Positions 31,489 through 41,693 of a stretch of DNA of 64,000 nucleotides are shown one piece after another (within the stretch, counting starts at the first letter, position 1; every line of letters begins with the position of its first letter). The notes beneath the pieces were generated by a model. The model saw only the letters and a list, made by a program, of their open reading frames with translations, ran no database searches and was not told the DNA's origin. Location: assembly GCA_965205215.1 (NCBI GenBank), contig OZ242041.1, positions 1,856,001 through 1,920,000 on the forward strand. The letters run 5' to 3'. A program made the position numbers and the translations under genes. Source of the DNA: Nitrosopumilus sp. Lineage in GTDB: Archaea > Thermoproteota > Nitrososphaeria > Nitrososphaerales > Nitrosopumilaceae.

Positions 31489-33252
31489 CGACACCTCAAA
31501 TCCGGCTGCCGGAACCCTGATCCTATATGCAGACAGTATGGCGGGGTCTATCTCGCCCGCGTATCCTATGACGCGGCGGCGTCCGCGCGCGCGGCCCATG
31601 CCGGCGCCATCGCGTATGATGATGGAGACCTTTGCGCACCTGCCGTCTGCAAACATGTGGTGCATCGCAGGCGCGGTGCGCATCTCCGACGCGTCTGAAA
31701 CGGCCGCGCCAAGGACGGTCTGCAGCACGGACTTTGCCTCTGAAAAGCCCGAGTCGGTGTGCGCCGCGACGGCCGCCACGTGCGTCCTCTCAGACACTGG
31801 GGGGGCATCAACTGCCCGCTTGCTGGAACCCGCCGCCCTGCGCCCGCCCCTCAGGAACACGGTTCCGGTCTCGTACAGCTTCTGGGGGTATTCCTCGTGT
31901 ATGTTCCTGGACAGGTTCTCTACGAGCCCGGGGAGTATCGAGTCGCGCAGCACGGAATGCTCGCGGCTCTTCGAATCGACTGCCGAGATCATGCGGCTCC
32001 GGGGGGGCGTCCGGCGGCCTGCCATCTCGTACAGTATGCGCGCGTTGCTCAGTCCGGGGTTAAGGGCCTCGACGTACCCCATCCCGACCATTGCCATGTC
32101 GATCGCGTCATGTGCAACCGACGCGGTGTCGTAGGCCCCGAACGTCTTGGACGGCGACAGTACGGGCCGTATGCGCCACGTGCCGTATCCCAGGGCGATC
32201 TCCTCGACCAGGTCGACCTCCGACACTATGTCTGGCCTGTACGGCGGCACCAAACACCGTATGACGCCGTCCCCGCCGTTTTGGCCGCCGCTGCCATCCT
32301 GCGGCACGGGCTGCAGCCTGCATCTCTCAAGGCACGACGCCGCGTCTGACACGGACAGCCCCAGTCCGAGCATCTCGTTGGCACGTCCTACCGATACTGG
32401 TATGGTGCGGGTCTCAAGCGGTGGGGTCCTGTTCCGGCCGCCCCCGATCCCGAGCCGCTTCAGGGAGAACCCCGCGGCGCGCAGCGTGACCGCCACTATG
32501 GCAAGGGCGTCCTCCGCCGCATGCCGGGATACGCCCGTGACATCCACAAAGATGTCAGTCGTGCCAGTTGTAACCGCAGTCATTGCCGAGTTTATAATCG
32601 GGGGCAGCGATACGGTGTTGCCGCCGCCATCAAGGATGGCGGGGAACCTTTCATGCCCCGCCACCAGATGGCCGTACGCGCGGCCCGCCTTCGTCCCCTT
32701 TATGATCTGGGATACTGTCATCTCCTTCGTCTCGTTGAGCGGCACAAACCTGTGGCCCACGGGCACGGCCGTATACGTGAGGGGGAACCCGCCGGATATC
32801 TTTGAGGCGTCGTGAAGCCCTATGGCGACCTTTCTGCGGCCGCGGCCCAGCCCGAGGTGCAGGTCCTCCTGCAGCGCGACCAGCTGCCGCAGCATGTGGT
32901 CGTCGAGCGTCCCGCCCCTTGCCATTATGCCCGTGATGACCGGGCGCACGCCGGCCACCGACCGCCTTGCTACGATCCGGTCCGGCCCCGATGGGGCGGG
33001 GGGGCCCGCATCAAGCGGCACCGGCCCTACCCTGACGCCAAGCAGGCCCTGCAGCGCAAGCGACACCCCCACGTCGGTGGCATAGTCCGGCCTGTTGGGG
33101 CTGTACTCTATGCGCACCGCGTCGCCGTCATCAGACTCTATGTCAAGCCCCAGGTACGGGAGTTTCTCGGATATCTCGTCTCGTGACACGCGCGTGCCGC
33201 CTTGGGACACCAGTCCCTCCAGCCTCTCGTACGACAGCTCCACTACCGGCAT
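31459..33252 (-). CDS. pheT: Phenylalanyl-tRNA synthetase beta subunit
   Basis: MPVV, PNRPD, QEDLH, PPIINS, RPDI..EVDLVEEIA.GYG. Confidence 0.95.
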   Translation of the reverse strand: MPVVELSYERLEGLVSQGGTRVSRDEISEKLPYLGLDIESDDGDAVRIEYSPNRPDYATDVGVSLALQGLLGVRVGPVPLDAGPPAPSGPDRIVARRSVAGVRPVITGIMARGGTLDDHMLRQLVALQEDLHLGLGRGRRKVAIGLHDASKISGGFPLTYTAVPVGHRFVPLNETKEMTVSQIIKGTKAGRAYGHLVAGHERFPAILDGGGNTVSLPPIINSAMTAVTTGTTDIFVDVTGVSRHAAEDALAIVAVTLRAAGFSLKRLGIGGGRNRTPPLETRTIPVSVGRANEMLGLGLSVSDAASCLERCRLQPVPQDGSGGQNGGDGVIRCLVPPYRPDIVSEVDLVEEIALGYGTWRIRPVLSPSKTFGAYDTASVAHDAIDMAMVGMGYVEALNPGLSNARILYEMAGRRTPPRSRMISAVDSKSREHSVLRDSILPGLVENLSRNIHEEYPQKLYETGTVFLRGGRRAAGSSKRAVDAPPVSERTHVAAVAAHTDSGFSEAKSVLQTVLGAAVSDASEMRTAPAMHHMFADGRCAKVSIIIRDGAGMGRARGRRRVIGYAGEIDPAILSAYRIRVPAAGFEVSLPDVPPAAA

Positions 33253-34701
33253 CTACGCGTCGTCCCTCCGCCTCATGCCGCGCAGCAGCCCCAGGTTGTT
33301 CGCGTAAAACTCCCGTACGTCGTCCACGCCGTACTTTAGCATAGCAATGCGCTCCACCCCGCCGCCCCAGGCCAGCACGGGATGCCTCAGCCCCCGGGTC
33401 ACGTGCGGGTGGAATATGCCCATGCCGAACAGCTCGACCCACTTGCCGAGCCTCTCATTGTATACCATCGACTGGAAGGAGGGCTCCGTATACGGGAAGA
33501 AAGTGGGCCAGAACCTTACTTTCGGGAGTCCGAGCCTGCGATAAAACTCCGCCTGTATCCCCATCAGGCCCCGTATGGTGGAGCCGGCCTCGTGTACCAC
33601 GCCCTCCACCTGGGTAAACTCGGCCAAGTGCTTGTAGCTGGTCTTCTCGTTCCTAAACACGCGCCCAAGCGAGAATATCCGCGCGTCGCCCAGGGCGCCC
33701 GGCGACTGCAGGAGGCGACGCAGCGTGACGCAGGTGGTGTGCGTGCGCAGCACCATCCTCCCTGCCTCCGCGGCATCCCACTTCTGGTGCCACGTGTCCC
33801 TGTGCGCCTTTGAGATGCGCCTGACGTGCGCCGGCGTCGAGTCGAGCCCGCCCGGCGCAACGTCCAGGTAGAACGTGTCCTGCATCTCCCTAGAGGGGTG
33901 GTCCTGAGGGGTGAGCAGCGCGTCAAAGTTCCAAAAGCACGGCTGCACCACGCGGCCGGACACTTCTGAGAACCCCATGGTGACAAATATCTCCCTTATT
34001 TCGGATATGACCTCCTTGAGCGGGTGCCTGCGCCCACGCGGCGCGGCCGGTACGTCTGCCCCCACGTCTATCGCGCCCGCCTTGGCTTCCCCCTCCCGGC
34101 CCTCCTCATCGTATGACGCGTCGACGCTCCCGGCGGCCTCGGACAGCGAGACGTGCTTTGTCTTTGTGACGGTCTTTGTGACTAGCTCGGGCCGCCGGAG
34201 CAGCGACTCCAGATCCGAGGGATCCACCGATTCTGCGCTTATGGGACCGCCCTTGGAGCCCGCAAGCGCGCGCAGGGTAGCCTCGCCGGGCAGCATCTTC
34301 GGGATGTCCTTGGGCGGGGCGGCGGATATGACTGTGCGCCCCTTCTTGGACTCCGCGGCGGCCCACCCGTTTCTCTTTACAATTCCCATGGCCGCCCCAA
34401 ACAGCGGGCCCATGCCGTCCCGAAGAACGGATATCTCCTGCGGCCCCCCCTTCAGCAGCAGGTCCAAGAGCCGTCTTTCCGGAAGCGTCGCGTGCGGGAG
34501 GCGCATACCGTTTTTACCAAGCGATATCGCGGCCTCCTCGGACTCCGACACCTCGGCGAGTCCCTTGTGGCGCAACCACTCGACCCCGCGGCGCGCCTGG
34601 TCAAGCGAGAGCCCGGCAGAACCGGCCAGCCTGTCGAGCGACTGTCGGGGCTCGGAGCGGAGGGACGAGATTATTTTTTTCTCTATTATGTGCAGCACCA
34701 T
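33253..34701 (-). CDS. pheS: Phenylalanyl-tRNA synthetase alpha subunit
   Basis: WNFDAL..PQDHP.REMQDTFY, LRTHTT, FRNE, FPYTEPS. Confidence 0.95.
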   Translation of the reverse strand: MVLHIIEKKIISSLRSEPRQSLDRLAGSAGLSLDQARRGVEWLRHKGLAEVSESEEAAISLGKNGMRLPHATLPERRLLDLLLKGGPQEISVLRDGMGPLFGAAMGIVKRNGWAAAESKKGRTVISAAPPKDIPKMLPGEATLRALAGSKGGPISAESVDPSDLESLLRRPELVTKTVTKTKHVSLSEAAGSVDASYDEEGREGEAKAGAIDVGADVPAAPRGRRHPLKEVISEIREIFVTMGFSEVSGRVVQPCFWNFDALLTPQDHPSREMQDTFYLDVAPGGLDSTPAHVRRISKAHRDTWHQKWDAAEAGRMVLRTHTTCVTLRRLLQSPGALGDARIFSLGRVFRNEKTSYKHLAEFTQVEGVVHEAGSTIRGLMGIQAEFYRRLGLPKVRFWPTFFPYTEPSFQSMVYNERLGKWVELFGMGIFHPHVTRGLRHPVLAWGGGVERIAMLKYGVDDVREFYANNLGLLRGMRRRDDA

Positions 34702-34872
34702 GCCCGGCATTGAACGCAGGGGGGGACGCAAGCATTATGAATGTAATTGCAAGGGCCGCGGCCAAAACCGCGGGCCGGCGCAGTCCGGCACCGCAGGCAT
34801 TGTAATCGGCACCCGCCCATGCTGCAAAACCCTTCAAAAAAGACTTTTTTAATCCCGCGCTGCATTGCGCAC

Positions 34873-36027
34873 ATGCCAGAAGACGAGTTTGTCGTGACGC
34901 CTTGGAGGACAGAGGGCAAGATAGACTACGACAGGCTCATCGAAAGGTTTGGGACGGAGCGCATCACCGACGAGCTGAGGTCGAGGCTCTTCAGGCTTGC
35001 CGGGGAGGATCACTACATGGTTCGCAGGCGCATATTCTTCTCCCACAGGGACCTCGGCAGCATACTTGACCGGTACGAGAGCGGGCAGAAGTTCTTCCTG
35101 TATACGGGAAGGGGCCCGTCCGGGCACACCCACATAGGGCACCTGCTCCCGTGGGTCTTTGCAAAGTGGCTGCAGGACAAGTTCGACGTCAAGATGTACT
35201 TTCAGCTTACGGACGACGAAAAGTTCTTCTCAAAGGACGCGCTTGCAATGGGCGATGCCACGCAGTACGCGCTCGAAAACGCGCTCGACTTTGTGGCGCT
35301 CGGGTTCAAGCCACGCAACACCAGGATCATAATAGACACGAAAAACATCAGGACGCTGTATCCGATTGCGGCCCAGGTCGCAAAGAGGCTGAACTTTTCA
35401 AACGCAAAGGCGGTGTTTGGGTTTACAAACGAGACCAACCTGGGCATGATATTCTACACGTCGCTCCAGTCGGCCCCCTGCTTTCTGGAGGACGATCCCG
35501 TGCTGATCCCGCTGGGGGTGGACCAGGACCCGCACTTTAGGCTGACGCGCGACGTGGCGCCCAGGATGGGCAGGCACAAGCCGGCCCTGATGCACAACGT
35601 GATGATGCCCGCGCTCGAGGGGCCCGGCGGCAAGATGTCGGCGTCGTCTGAGACGGGCACCATATACACCACCGACACGCCCGCGCAGGTCAGAAAGAAG
35701 GTAAACAAGTACGCCTTCTCGGGGGGGCAACCGGACGTAGAACAGCACCGCAGGCTGGGGGGCGACCCGGACGTGGACGTGTCATACCAGTATCTGAGGA
35801 TGTTCTTCGAGCCCGACGACGCAAAGCTGAAAAAGATCCACGACGATTACCGGTCAGGAAATATGCTGACCGGCGAGCTAAAGTCCATACTGATCGAGAA
35901 GATCAACACGTTTCTGGAGGTCCATCAGGCGCGGCGGGAAGAGGCAAGGGATGCGCTTGGCGAGTTCCTGCTGGAAGATGACTGTGGTAGCAGCTGGGAT
36001 AACGGCGGTAGCGGCGGCAACAGGTGA
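34873..36027 (+). CDS. trpS: Tryptophanyl-tRNA synthetase
   Basis: VTPW, YTGRGPS..HIGH, DQDPHFR, KMSAS, AFSGG. Confidence 0.96.
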   Translation: MPEDEFVVTPWRTEGKIDYDRLIERFGTERITDELRSRLFRLAGEDHYMVRRRIFFSHRDLGSILDRYESGQKFFLYTGRGPSGHTHIGHLLPWVFAKWLQDKFDVKMYFQLTDDEKFFSKDALAMGDATQYALENALDFVALGFKPRNTRIIIDTKNIRTLYPIAAQVAKRLNFSNAKAVFGFTNETNLGMIFYTSLQSAPCFLEDDPVLIPLGVDQDPHFRLTRDVAPRMGRHKPALMHNVMMPALEGPGGKMSASSETGTIYTTDTPAQVRKKVNKYAFSGGQPDVEQHRRLGGDPDVDVSYQYLRMFFEPDDAKLKKIHDDYRSGNMLTGELKSILIEKINTFLEVHQARREEARDALGEFLLEDDCGSSWDNGGSGGNR

Positions 36028-36452
36028 GGCGCGTGTCACGCGAGAAAGACACCACAATCGTAATACCCTGCGAGGACGGATACGAGGCGCAAAAGCTTGC
36101 AAGCCTGATACTGGTCAGAGACCCCGACACGGAGGAGGCGCAGACGTTCGTCAAGGCCGTTGTAAACTCCGTAGGAAACGAGGTGGTCATATCGCTTGCA
36201 GACGGCTCGTCACACAGCATACTGCTGAGGGACGAGTCGGCCGTGGAGGCGTTTGCGGACTTTGTCCAGTCGGTAACAGAACAGGAGCACAAGCTGGTCA
36301 TGGCTCGCACGTGCCGCGGTCCCCGTGGTGTGAACGGTGACGACTATGGCGGGAGTAGAGACGGCGCCAAACCCGACGACTCCGTCATAATTGCAAAGCG
36401 CCTACGTGAAAAAGACGACGTAGATTCCAACGATTCCGACCATGGCAATTAG
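36024..36452 (+). CDS. Hypothetical protein
   Basis: GTG start overlaps the trpS stop; natural composition. Confidence 0.65.
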   Translation: MRRVSREKDTTIVIPCEDGYEAQKLASLILVRDPDTEEAQTFVKAVVNSVGNEVVISLADGSSHSILLRDESAVEAFADFVQSVTEQEHKLVMARTCRGPRGVNGDDYGGSRDGAKPDDSVIIAKRLREKDDVDSNDSDHGN

Positions 36453-36645
36453 GGACAGTCCCAGTGCCTTTGTGTCCGAGTCCATGCGGTTGGTGCCCGA
36501 ATCGGGATAATTAAACATTGAGCGCTGCCGCTTGCCTCGCATGTTCCGCCGCCGCCGCTGCTGCTGCTGCGGCTGCTGCTGTTGTTGTTGCTGCTGCTGC
36601 TGCCACCATCGCCAAGACGGATGCCGCTCCCGCCGGACATTACAG

Positions 36646-37227
36646 CTAGCGCGGAAATCTCCGCTCCCTTGCCTTCTTGTCGGCGCGGGCGTTCCCCGAG
36701 TCCTTCCTTGAGATGGGCTCCCTTATGCGGTTGCAGTTGAGGCACAGCACCATCAGCTCCGATGATGCCAGCTCCGGATCCGACTCGTACCGGGACCAAG
36801 ACGACGAGATCGGCCCTCCCCTGCCGACGGAGTCAAACGGAGCATCCCCGTACCGGGAGGCGATGCCAAGGGCCCTAGGGTCCCTGAACCCGCAGCCTGA
36901 GCATACCTTGCCACCGAGCATCTCAAAGAGTTTCTCACGAACCGCGTCGTAAAATCCCGAGTTTTTCGGCGCGCCGGCGCCGCTGCTGCCGCCGCTGCGC
37001 GCGCCGTACCCGTTCCGGCGCGCCGGCTTGGCGCGACCCTGCTGGCGCGCGCCGCGCCGGGGCCCTCCGCGGTTGGCGCCGCGGCCGGCGCCGCCGTCGC
37101 GTGAATCGCCCTTGCCATATCCCGAGTTGCGGTACGAGCGCGCAGGCCTCTTCTTTCCCCCCGAGTCCCGGCGCACCTGCCTGCGGGGGCCTCCGGGCCT
37201 CTTTGATACGTAAGGGGACGGCATCAC
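36646..37227 (-). CDS. Hypothetical protein with CxxC...CxNC (HNH-like Zn module)
   Basis: Basic N-terminus; LGGKVCSGCGFRDPRAL ... LMVLCLNCN. Confidence 0.65.
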   Translation of the reverse strand: MMPSPYVSKRPGGPRRQVRRDSGGKKRPARSYRNSGYGKGDSRDGGAGRGANRGGPRRGARQQGRAKPARRNGYGARSGGSSGAGAPKNSGFYDAVREKLFEMLGGKVCSGCGFRDPRALGIASRYGDAPFDSVGRGGPISSSWSRYESDPELASSELMVLCLNCNRIREPISRKDSGNARADKKARERRFPR

Positions 37228-37257
37228 CGCACCGCCGCGCGCCGCATATTTTAAGCG

Positions 37258-37641
37258 TCACACAAGCGACTTGTCCATCTCCGATGATACCGCCTGCTGC
37301 ACCTTGAGAAAGTACAGCCGGGTGGTGCGCGGCATGTTCTCCATGTTCTTCTCCACCGCGATTGCAAAGTAGCGGACGGCCCGCCTCGATATGTCCAGGT
37401 CAAACTTCATCGGAAGTATCGGATCCTGCCTCACCGCAATCTTGTCCTGGAGCCAAGGAGGGGCCATCTCCACGGCGTCTGCCGTGACCTTTCCGTACCA
37501 GTACGCCAGGTTCTCCGGCAGCAGCCCGTCCCGGAGGCGGCCCACGTCGTCATCAAACTGCCGCATCATGCGGTCCATCAGTCCCATGGTGTACGGCCGC
37601 GGCCTCCCTTGATATGGCGCGTGATCAACCATATTAGACAA
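37258..37641 (-). CDS. Hypothetical protein
   Basis: Natural composition; start probably at MGLMD. Confidence 0.65.
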   Translation of the reverse strand: MSNMVDHAPYQGRPRPYTMGLMDRMMRQFDDDVGRLRDGLLPENLAYWYGKVTADAVEMAPPWLQDKIAVRQDPILPMKFDLDISRRAVRYFAIAVEKNMENMPRTTRLYFLKVQQAVSSEMDKSLV

Positions 37642-37651
37642 AAAGGCGCAG

Positions 37652-38164
37652 TCACGCGGCGTTGCCGTCCGCGTCTATCTCCCCGTTCCGTATGCGGCTT
37701 GACGATATGCGGCCGCCGTCGTATGCGGCCACCATCCCCACTACGACCGTCTCGACCGGCCCAAGCCCCCTTGAGAGCCTCATCTTGTTCAGCTTGCCCG
37801 CCTTGGAGGCGGTCTCCTCGCTTGCCACGAGCGCCTCCACCTCGCCGGTCAGGACGGCGGGCCCAAAGTCGTCGTCAAGCCCGCGTATCACGTAGGCCGA
37901 GTCCGGATGCGACCGGCGTATGTACTCTTGGAGGCCGGCAAGCCGCTCGGCATAGCTGCGCACGGCATGCCCCTTTTCCCTTGCGCCGCGGCCCCCCCTG
38001 CCTGCAAGCATCGCGTCGCTTGTCAGGCCTATTATCACCTTCTCTGACGCGGCGAACGCCGCGTCGAGCAGCGCGCGGTGTCCCCTGTGTATCGTGTCAA
38101 AGGTGCCGCCGGTGGCCGCCACCGCATACCTCTTCCTGTCTTCGCGTACGGACATGCCCTGCAT
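37652..38164 (-). CDS. coaD: Phosphopantetheine adenylyltransferase
   Basis: GGTFD.IHRGH, GLTSD, VASEET, ISSSRIRNGEID. Confidence 0.93.
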   Translation of the reverse strand: MQGMSVREDRKRYAVAATGGTFDTIHRGHRALLDAAFAASEKVIIGLTSDAMLAGRGGRGAREKGHAVRSYAERLAGLQEYIRRSHPDSAYVIRGLDDDFGPAVLTGEVEALVASEETASKAGKLNKMRLSRGLGPVETVVVGMVAAYDGGRISSSRIRNGEIDADGNAA

Positions 38165-38202
38165 GGCGCACTCGCCGTAAAGAAGCTTCTTCTTGTATGC
38201 AG

Positions 38203-39402
38203 TTACTCGACCAGTATGAGCATGTAGGGGCCGCGCTCGGCAAGCGGCACGTCGCTGCGGTCCCAGACAAACGTCTCTGCCACGTACAGCCCAGGATTCT
38301 CCGGAATCCAGTCCACGCTCTGCGTCTGGACGTTCTGGCCCACGACAAAGCGCCCGTCGTACTTTCCGATAAACTCGACTGGCGCATCAGGCGACGCCTC
38401 CCTTACCTGGACGTAGAACGTGTACGGTATCTCTGCCCCCTGCTCGCCCTCGTGCGCGGCAGGCAGTACCGACGTGTCGGCCCTGATGTAGACGGTCTGG
38501 CCCGCCTGCGCCGACGACAGGATGGTGCCCACGCCGTCACGGAGCGACACGCCCGAGATGGTCACTATGTTGGGGGGCAGGACAGGATAGGGGGGCGGCA
38601 GGTCGACTTCCACGTACCGCGCGCTCTGCTGCCCTGCAAGGTGGTAGATGTCGGTTTCCGCATGTATCGAGATCCTCTCCGTGCCGGGCGGCGCGACAAA
38701 GTCGGCCTCAAACTGGGCGGACTCGTGGCGCAGCATAGGGCCCACCGTAATTGTATCGATGCCCAGCGTCCGGGGCGGTTCAAAGGCGTCGTGGTACGCG
38801 ACGTGCACCGCCGCATATTCTGACGGCGCGGGCCCGTTGTATATGTCGCCCCTGATGGCCATGCGCACGTCCTGCCCGCTTGCATAGGGCTCGATGCGCT
38901 CCACCTCTACGGACAGCAGGGGTTCCTTTGTGGGGGCAGAGTCGAATCCCCCGATCCGCGCCGATGCGTCGGTTACGCCCAGGTTCGGCTCAGACGACAC
39001 GATCTCAAACGGCACCATGGAGTTGGGGGGGATCACCTCGATTGCAGGATAACCCACCTCCACGTCGACTGGCGCGCTTGCCGCGTCGTCGTAAAAGATG
39101 GCCCATATCCTGACGTTTGAGACGTAGCTGGTTCCCCTGTTCTCGACCATTCCAGTCAGCACCGCGTGCCCCTGCTCGTCCAGGGCGAGGTACCTGCTGT
39201 CCTGCACGAGCATTACCGCAAGCGCCTGCGGCGTGTCGTAATACTCCTGTGCCTGCGCCGCGCCGTCGTGCGTCACAATGGCAGCGGCGGATACGGCAGA
39301 GAGTACGATGGCGGCTGCCAGCGTCATCATGACGCCACACGCCTTGCGCGTCCGGTACAACATCTCGTCATAGCCCCGCAGGGGGATAACAGCCTTGGGC
39401 AA
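38203..39402 (-). CDS. Secreted Ig-fold (FxLYD-like) protein
   Basis: Signal peptide; G.VEN.G....NV.I...FYD...IPP...PF; start uncertain. Confidence 0.7.
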   Translation of the reverse strand: MPKAVIPLRGYDEMLYRTRKACGVMMTLAAAIVLSAVSAAAIVTHDGAAQAQEYYDTPQALAVMLVQDSRYLALDEQGHAVLTGMVENRGTSYVSNVRIWAIFYDDAASAPVDVEVGYPAIEVIPPNSMVPFEIVSSEPNLGVTDASARIGGFDSAPTKEPLLSVEVERIEPYASGQDVRMAIRGDIYNGPAPSEYAAVHVAYHDAFEPPRTLGIDTITVGPMLRHESAQFEADFVAPPGTERISIHAETDIYHLAGQQSARYVEVDLPPPYPVLPPNIVTISGVSLRDGVGTILSSAQAGQTVYIRADTSVLPAAHEGEQGAEIPYTFYVQVREASPDAPVEFIGKYDGRFVVGQNVQTQSVDWIPENPGLYVAETFVWDRSDVPLAERGPYMLILVE

Positions 39403-39492
39403 TTATAGTCGACTAGAAGATCAAAGGTTTTAGGCAAACGCGCACCATCCAGTGGGAGCGATCGAAAAAGGGTCAAATGGGCTTTAGCCCTA

Positions 39493-39594
39493 TTACTTTC
39501 TCTTTGCAGTAATTGCAAGCCAGTATACGAGCCCAGGCGCCAAACCTACGATCAGGGGAATCCACACAGGCCATCCATCTGCTACACTTGCCAT
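39493..39594 (-). CDS. Unlisted 33-aa membrane peptide MASVADGWPVWIPLIVGLAPGLVYWLAITAKRK
   Basis: ATG to TAA followed by TAG; single TM with basic tail; TTTAAATA box ~25 bp upstream. Confidence 0.65.
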   Translation of the reverse strand: MASVADGWPVWIPLIVGLAPGLVYWLAITAKRK

Positions 39595-39917
39595 GCTACG
39601 GTTCATAACTACATGCTATTTAAATCCACCCGTGGATTTCGTGCCTATCATATGAGTATATTCACGGCCGGATCTGCGGGACGTCCGCATGGGCTCCCGA
39701 TGCCGCTGATCGCAGGCTGCAGGGACGGCTGCAGGGGCGACACCGGCGCGGTACCCGCCGCCATGATCCAGGGTGCGGCCGCTGTGCGACTTTTGGCATG
39801 ATCGCACATGCAAGACGAGTCCAGAGGCAAGATCCTGTCAGTGGTGATGGCGTGGGATCAGGAACCATGTAACCCAAAACCGGACGGGCGCGGGGCTCCG
39901 CATGCGGCAACACTGAT

Positions 39918-39994
39918 TGGTGGACCGGACGGAATTTGAATCCGCGACCCCCCGCGTGCAAGGCGGGTATACTACCAGGCTATACTACCGGCCC
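39918..39994 (-). tRNA. tRNA-Ala(TGC) with encoded CCA
   Basis: Reverse complement folds to a cloverleaf with anticodon TGC and a G3:U70 pair. Confidence 0.95.
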
Positions 39995-40248
39995 CCACGC
40001 CGTGCCTCCATGTGCGGACTTTAATTGTTGCTGCCCTCCGCGCACGCCGGTCCGGCGGCGTCCGGAGCCTGCATCCTAGACGGCACCGTGCGTCGGGCAC
40101 ACGACGGATTGCGCGGCCTGCGCACGCCGGTCCCTTGCCTGCGCCGTACGTATGACACCGCGCGGCTGCCGCAAATCCCGCAGGACGCTTGCTGCGAGGG
40201 GCCGCACCCTTGCGCGGTAAAAACAGATAAGGACACTCGGGCCACACA

Positions 40249-40761
40249 ATGGCGATGAATAATTACGGCGATGCCGGGGGCGGGCATGGTACTACGAGTG
40301 ACGCGGCAAGTGACGCGGCAAGTGACGGCATAACGGTAAGGCCCCTGCGGAGGGACGACATGCACAACGGGCTCTTGGAGACGCTTGACGCGCTGAGGCC
40401 CGCGAGCGCCATGTCCCGCGAAAGGGCCGAGCGCGTAATGGACACAGTCATGTCCGATGGGAACCGCCTGGTCGCGGTGGCGGAACTCGGCGGAAAGGTG
40501 GTGGGGACTGCCACCGTACTGTTTGAGACAAAGTTCATCCACGACGGCGGGGTGGCGGGGCACATAGAGGATGTTGCAGTCCGCCAAGAGTACCAGAAAA
40601 AGGGCATCGGCGGAATGATTGTCAGGTACCTGCTCGACGCGGCGCGGGAGCGCGGATGCTACAAGACCGTTCTTGACTGCGAGAGCGGATTGGTGGACTT
40701 TTACACAGATCTGGGGTTCAAGCACACGTCTAGCGGAATGCGTTACAGCCACAAGGGCTGA
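40249..40761 (+). CDS. GNA1-like GNAT N-acetyltransferase
   Basis: ETKFIH.GG..GHIEDVAV...Q.KGIG, GCYK..LDC, FY...GF. Confidence 0.9.
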   Translation: MAMNNYGDAGGGHGTTSDAASDAASDGITVRPLRRDDMHNGLLETLDALRPASAMSRERAERVMDTVMSDGNRLVAVAELGGKVVGTATVLFETKFIHDGGVAGHIEDVAVRQEYQKKGIGGMIVRYLLDAARERGCYKTVLDCESGLVDFYTDLGFKHTSSGMRYSHKG

Positions 40762-40854
40762 CCGCTGCATGCCGCGCGCGGCGACGGCGCGGCCGGAATG
40801 CGCGCGGCGCAGCTGACTGGCAAGGGTTTTATTTGCAGGCCGCGCACGCCGCGC

Positions 40855-41403
40855 ATGGTACTGCTGGAGTCCCAGACAAAGCTGAAAACGGGTGACGAGG
40901 CCCCGGACTTTTCACTCATCGGGATAGACGACAAGCGCCACTCTCCCACCGACTACGACGGATACAAGGGACTCTTGGTGATATTCATGTGCAACCACTG
41001 CCCGTACGTCAAGGCAAAGACGGACGCGCTCAACGAGCTGTACGACAGGTACGGCTCCGAGATTGCCATAATAGGAATCAACAGCAACGACTCGACTGAC
41101 TATCCCGAGGACAGCTTTGATGCAATGAAGAAGACGGCAGGGGAGAAGGGGTTCAAGTTCGACTATCTGGTTGATGAGACGCAGGACGTGGCACGCGCGT
41201 ACGGGGCCGTATGCACGCCCGACCCGTTTCTGTTTGACGCAAACCGCAGGCTGGTATTCCACGGCAGGATAGACGACGCCCCCGGGCCGGATAACTCACC
41301 GACAGAAAAGACCATGATTGAGAACATCGGCAGGATGCTTGCAGGGGAACCCGTTCCAAAGGACTTTGATCCGTCAATAGGGTGCTCCATAAAGTGGCGC
41401 TGA
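40855..41403 (+). CDS. Thioredoxin-fold peroxiredoxin-like (AhpC/TSA) protein
   Basis: APDFSL, FMCNHCPYV, YPEDSF, YGAVCTPD, GCSIKW. Confidence 0.9.
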   Translation: MVLLESQTKLKTGDEAPDFSLIGIDDKRHSPTDYDGYKGLLVIFMCNHCPYVKAKTDALNELYDRYGSEIAIIGINSNDSTDYPEDSFDAMKKTAGEKGFKFDYLVDETQDVARAYGAVCTPDPFLFDANRRLVFHGRIDDAPGPDNSPTEKTMIENIGRMLAGEPVPKDFDPSIGCSIKWR

Positions 41404-41618
41404 GCGTGCATTCGATGCACTGCATGGCGGACCGCGGTGATTCCGTGCAGGACAGATGCCGGTGCGCGTCCCGATACGGCACCTGTCACGATCATACAGC
41501 ATGAATCTTGAGGGGGACACCGGGTGACAGAGGGACATGCGCCCGTCCCGCAGATACGCGCAGGGTGCCAAAAGTGTTCGAATTACTTAAATGACACTTG
41601 TGTGGTTTGAGCAAGAGT

Positions 41619-41693
41619 GGGCTCGTAGCTCAGCTTGGCTGGAGCGTTCGACTGATAATCGAAAGGTCATGAGTTCGAATCTCATCGGGCCCA
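41619..41693 (+). tRNA. tRNA-Ile(GAT); probable integration site
   Basis: GGGCTCG/CGGGCCC acceptor, TTCGA-CTGATAA-TCGAA anticodon arm, TTCGAAT T-loop. Confidence 0.95.
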
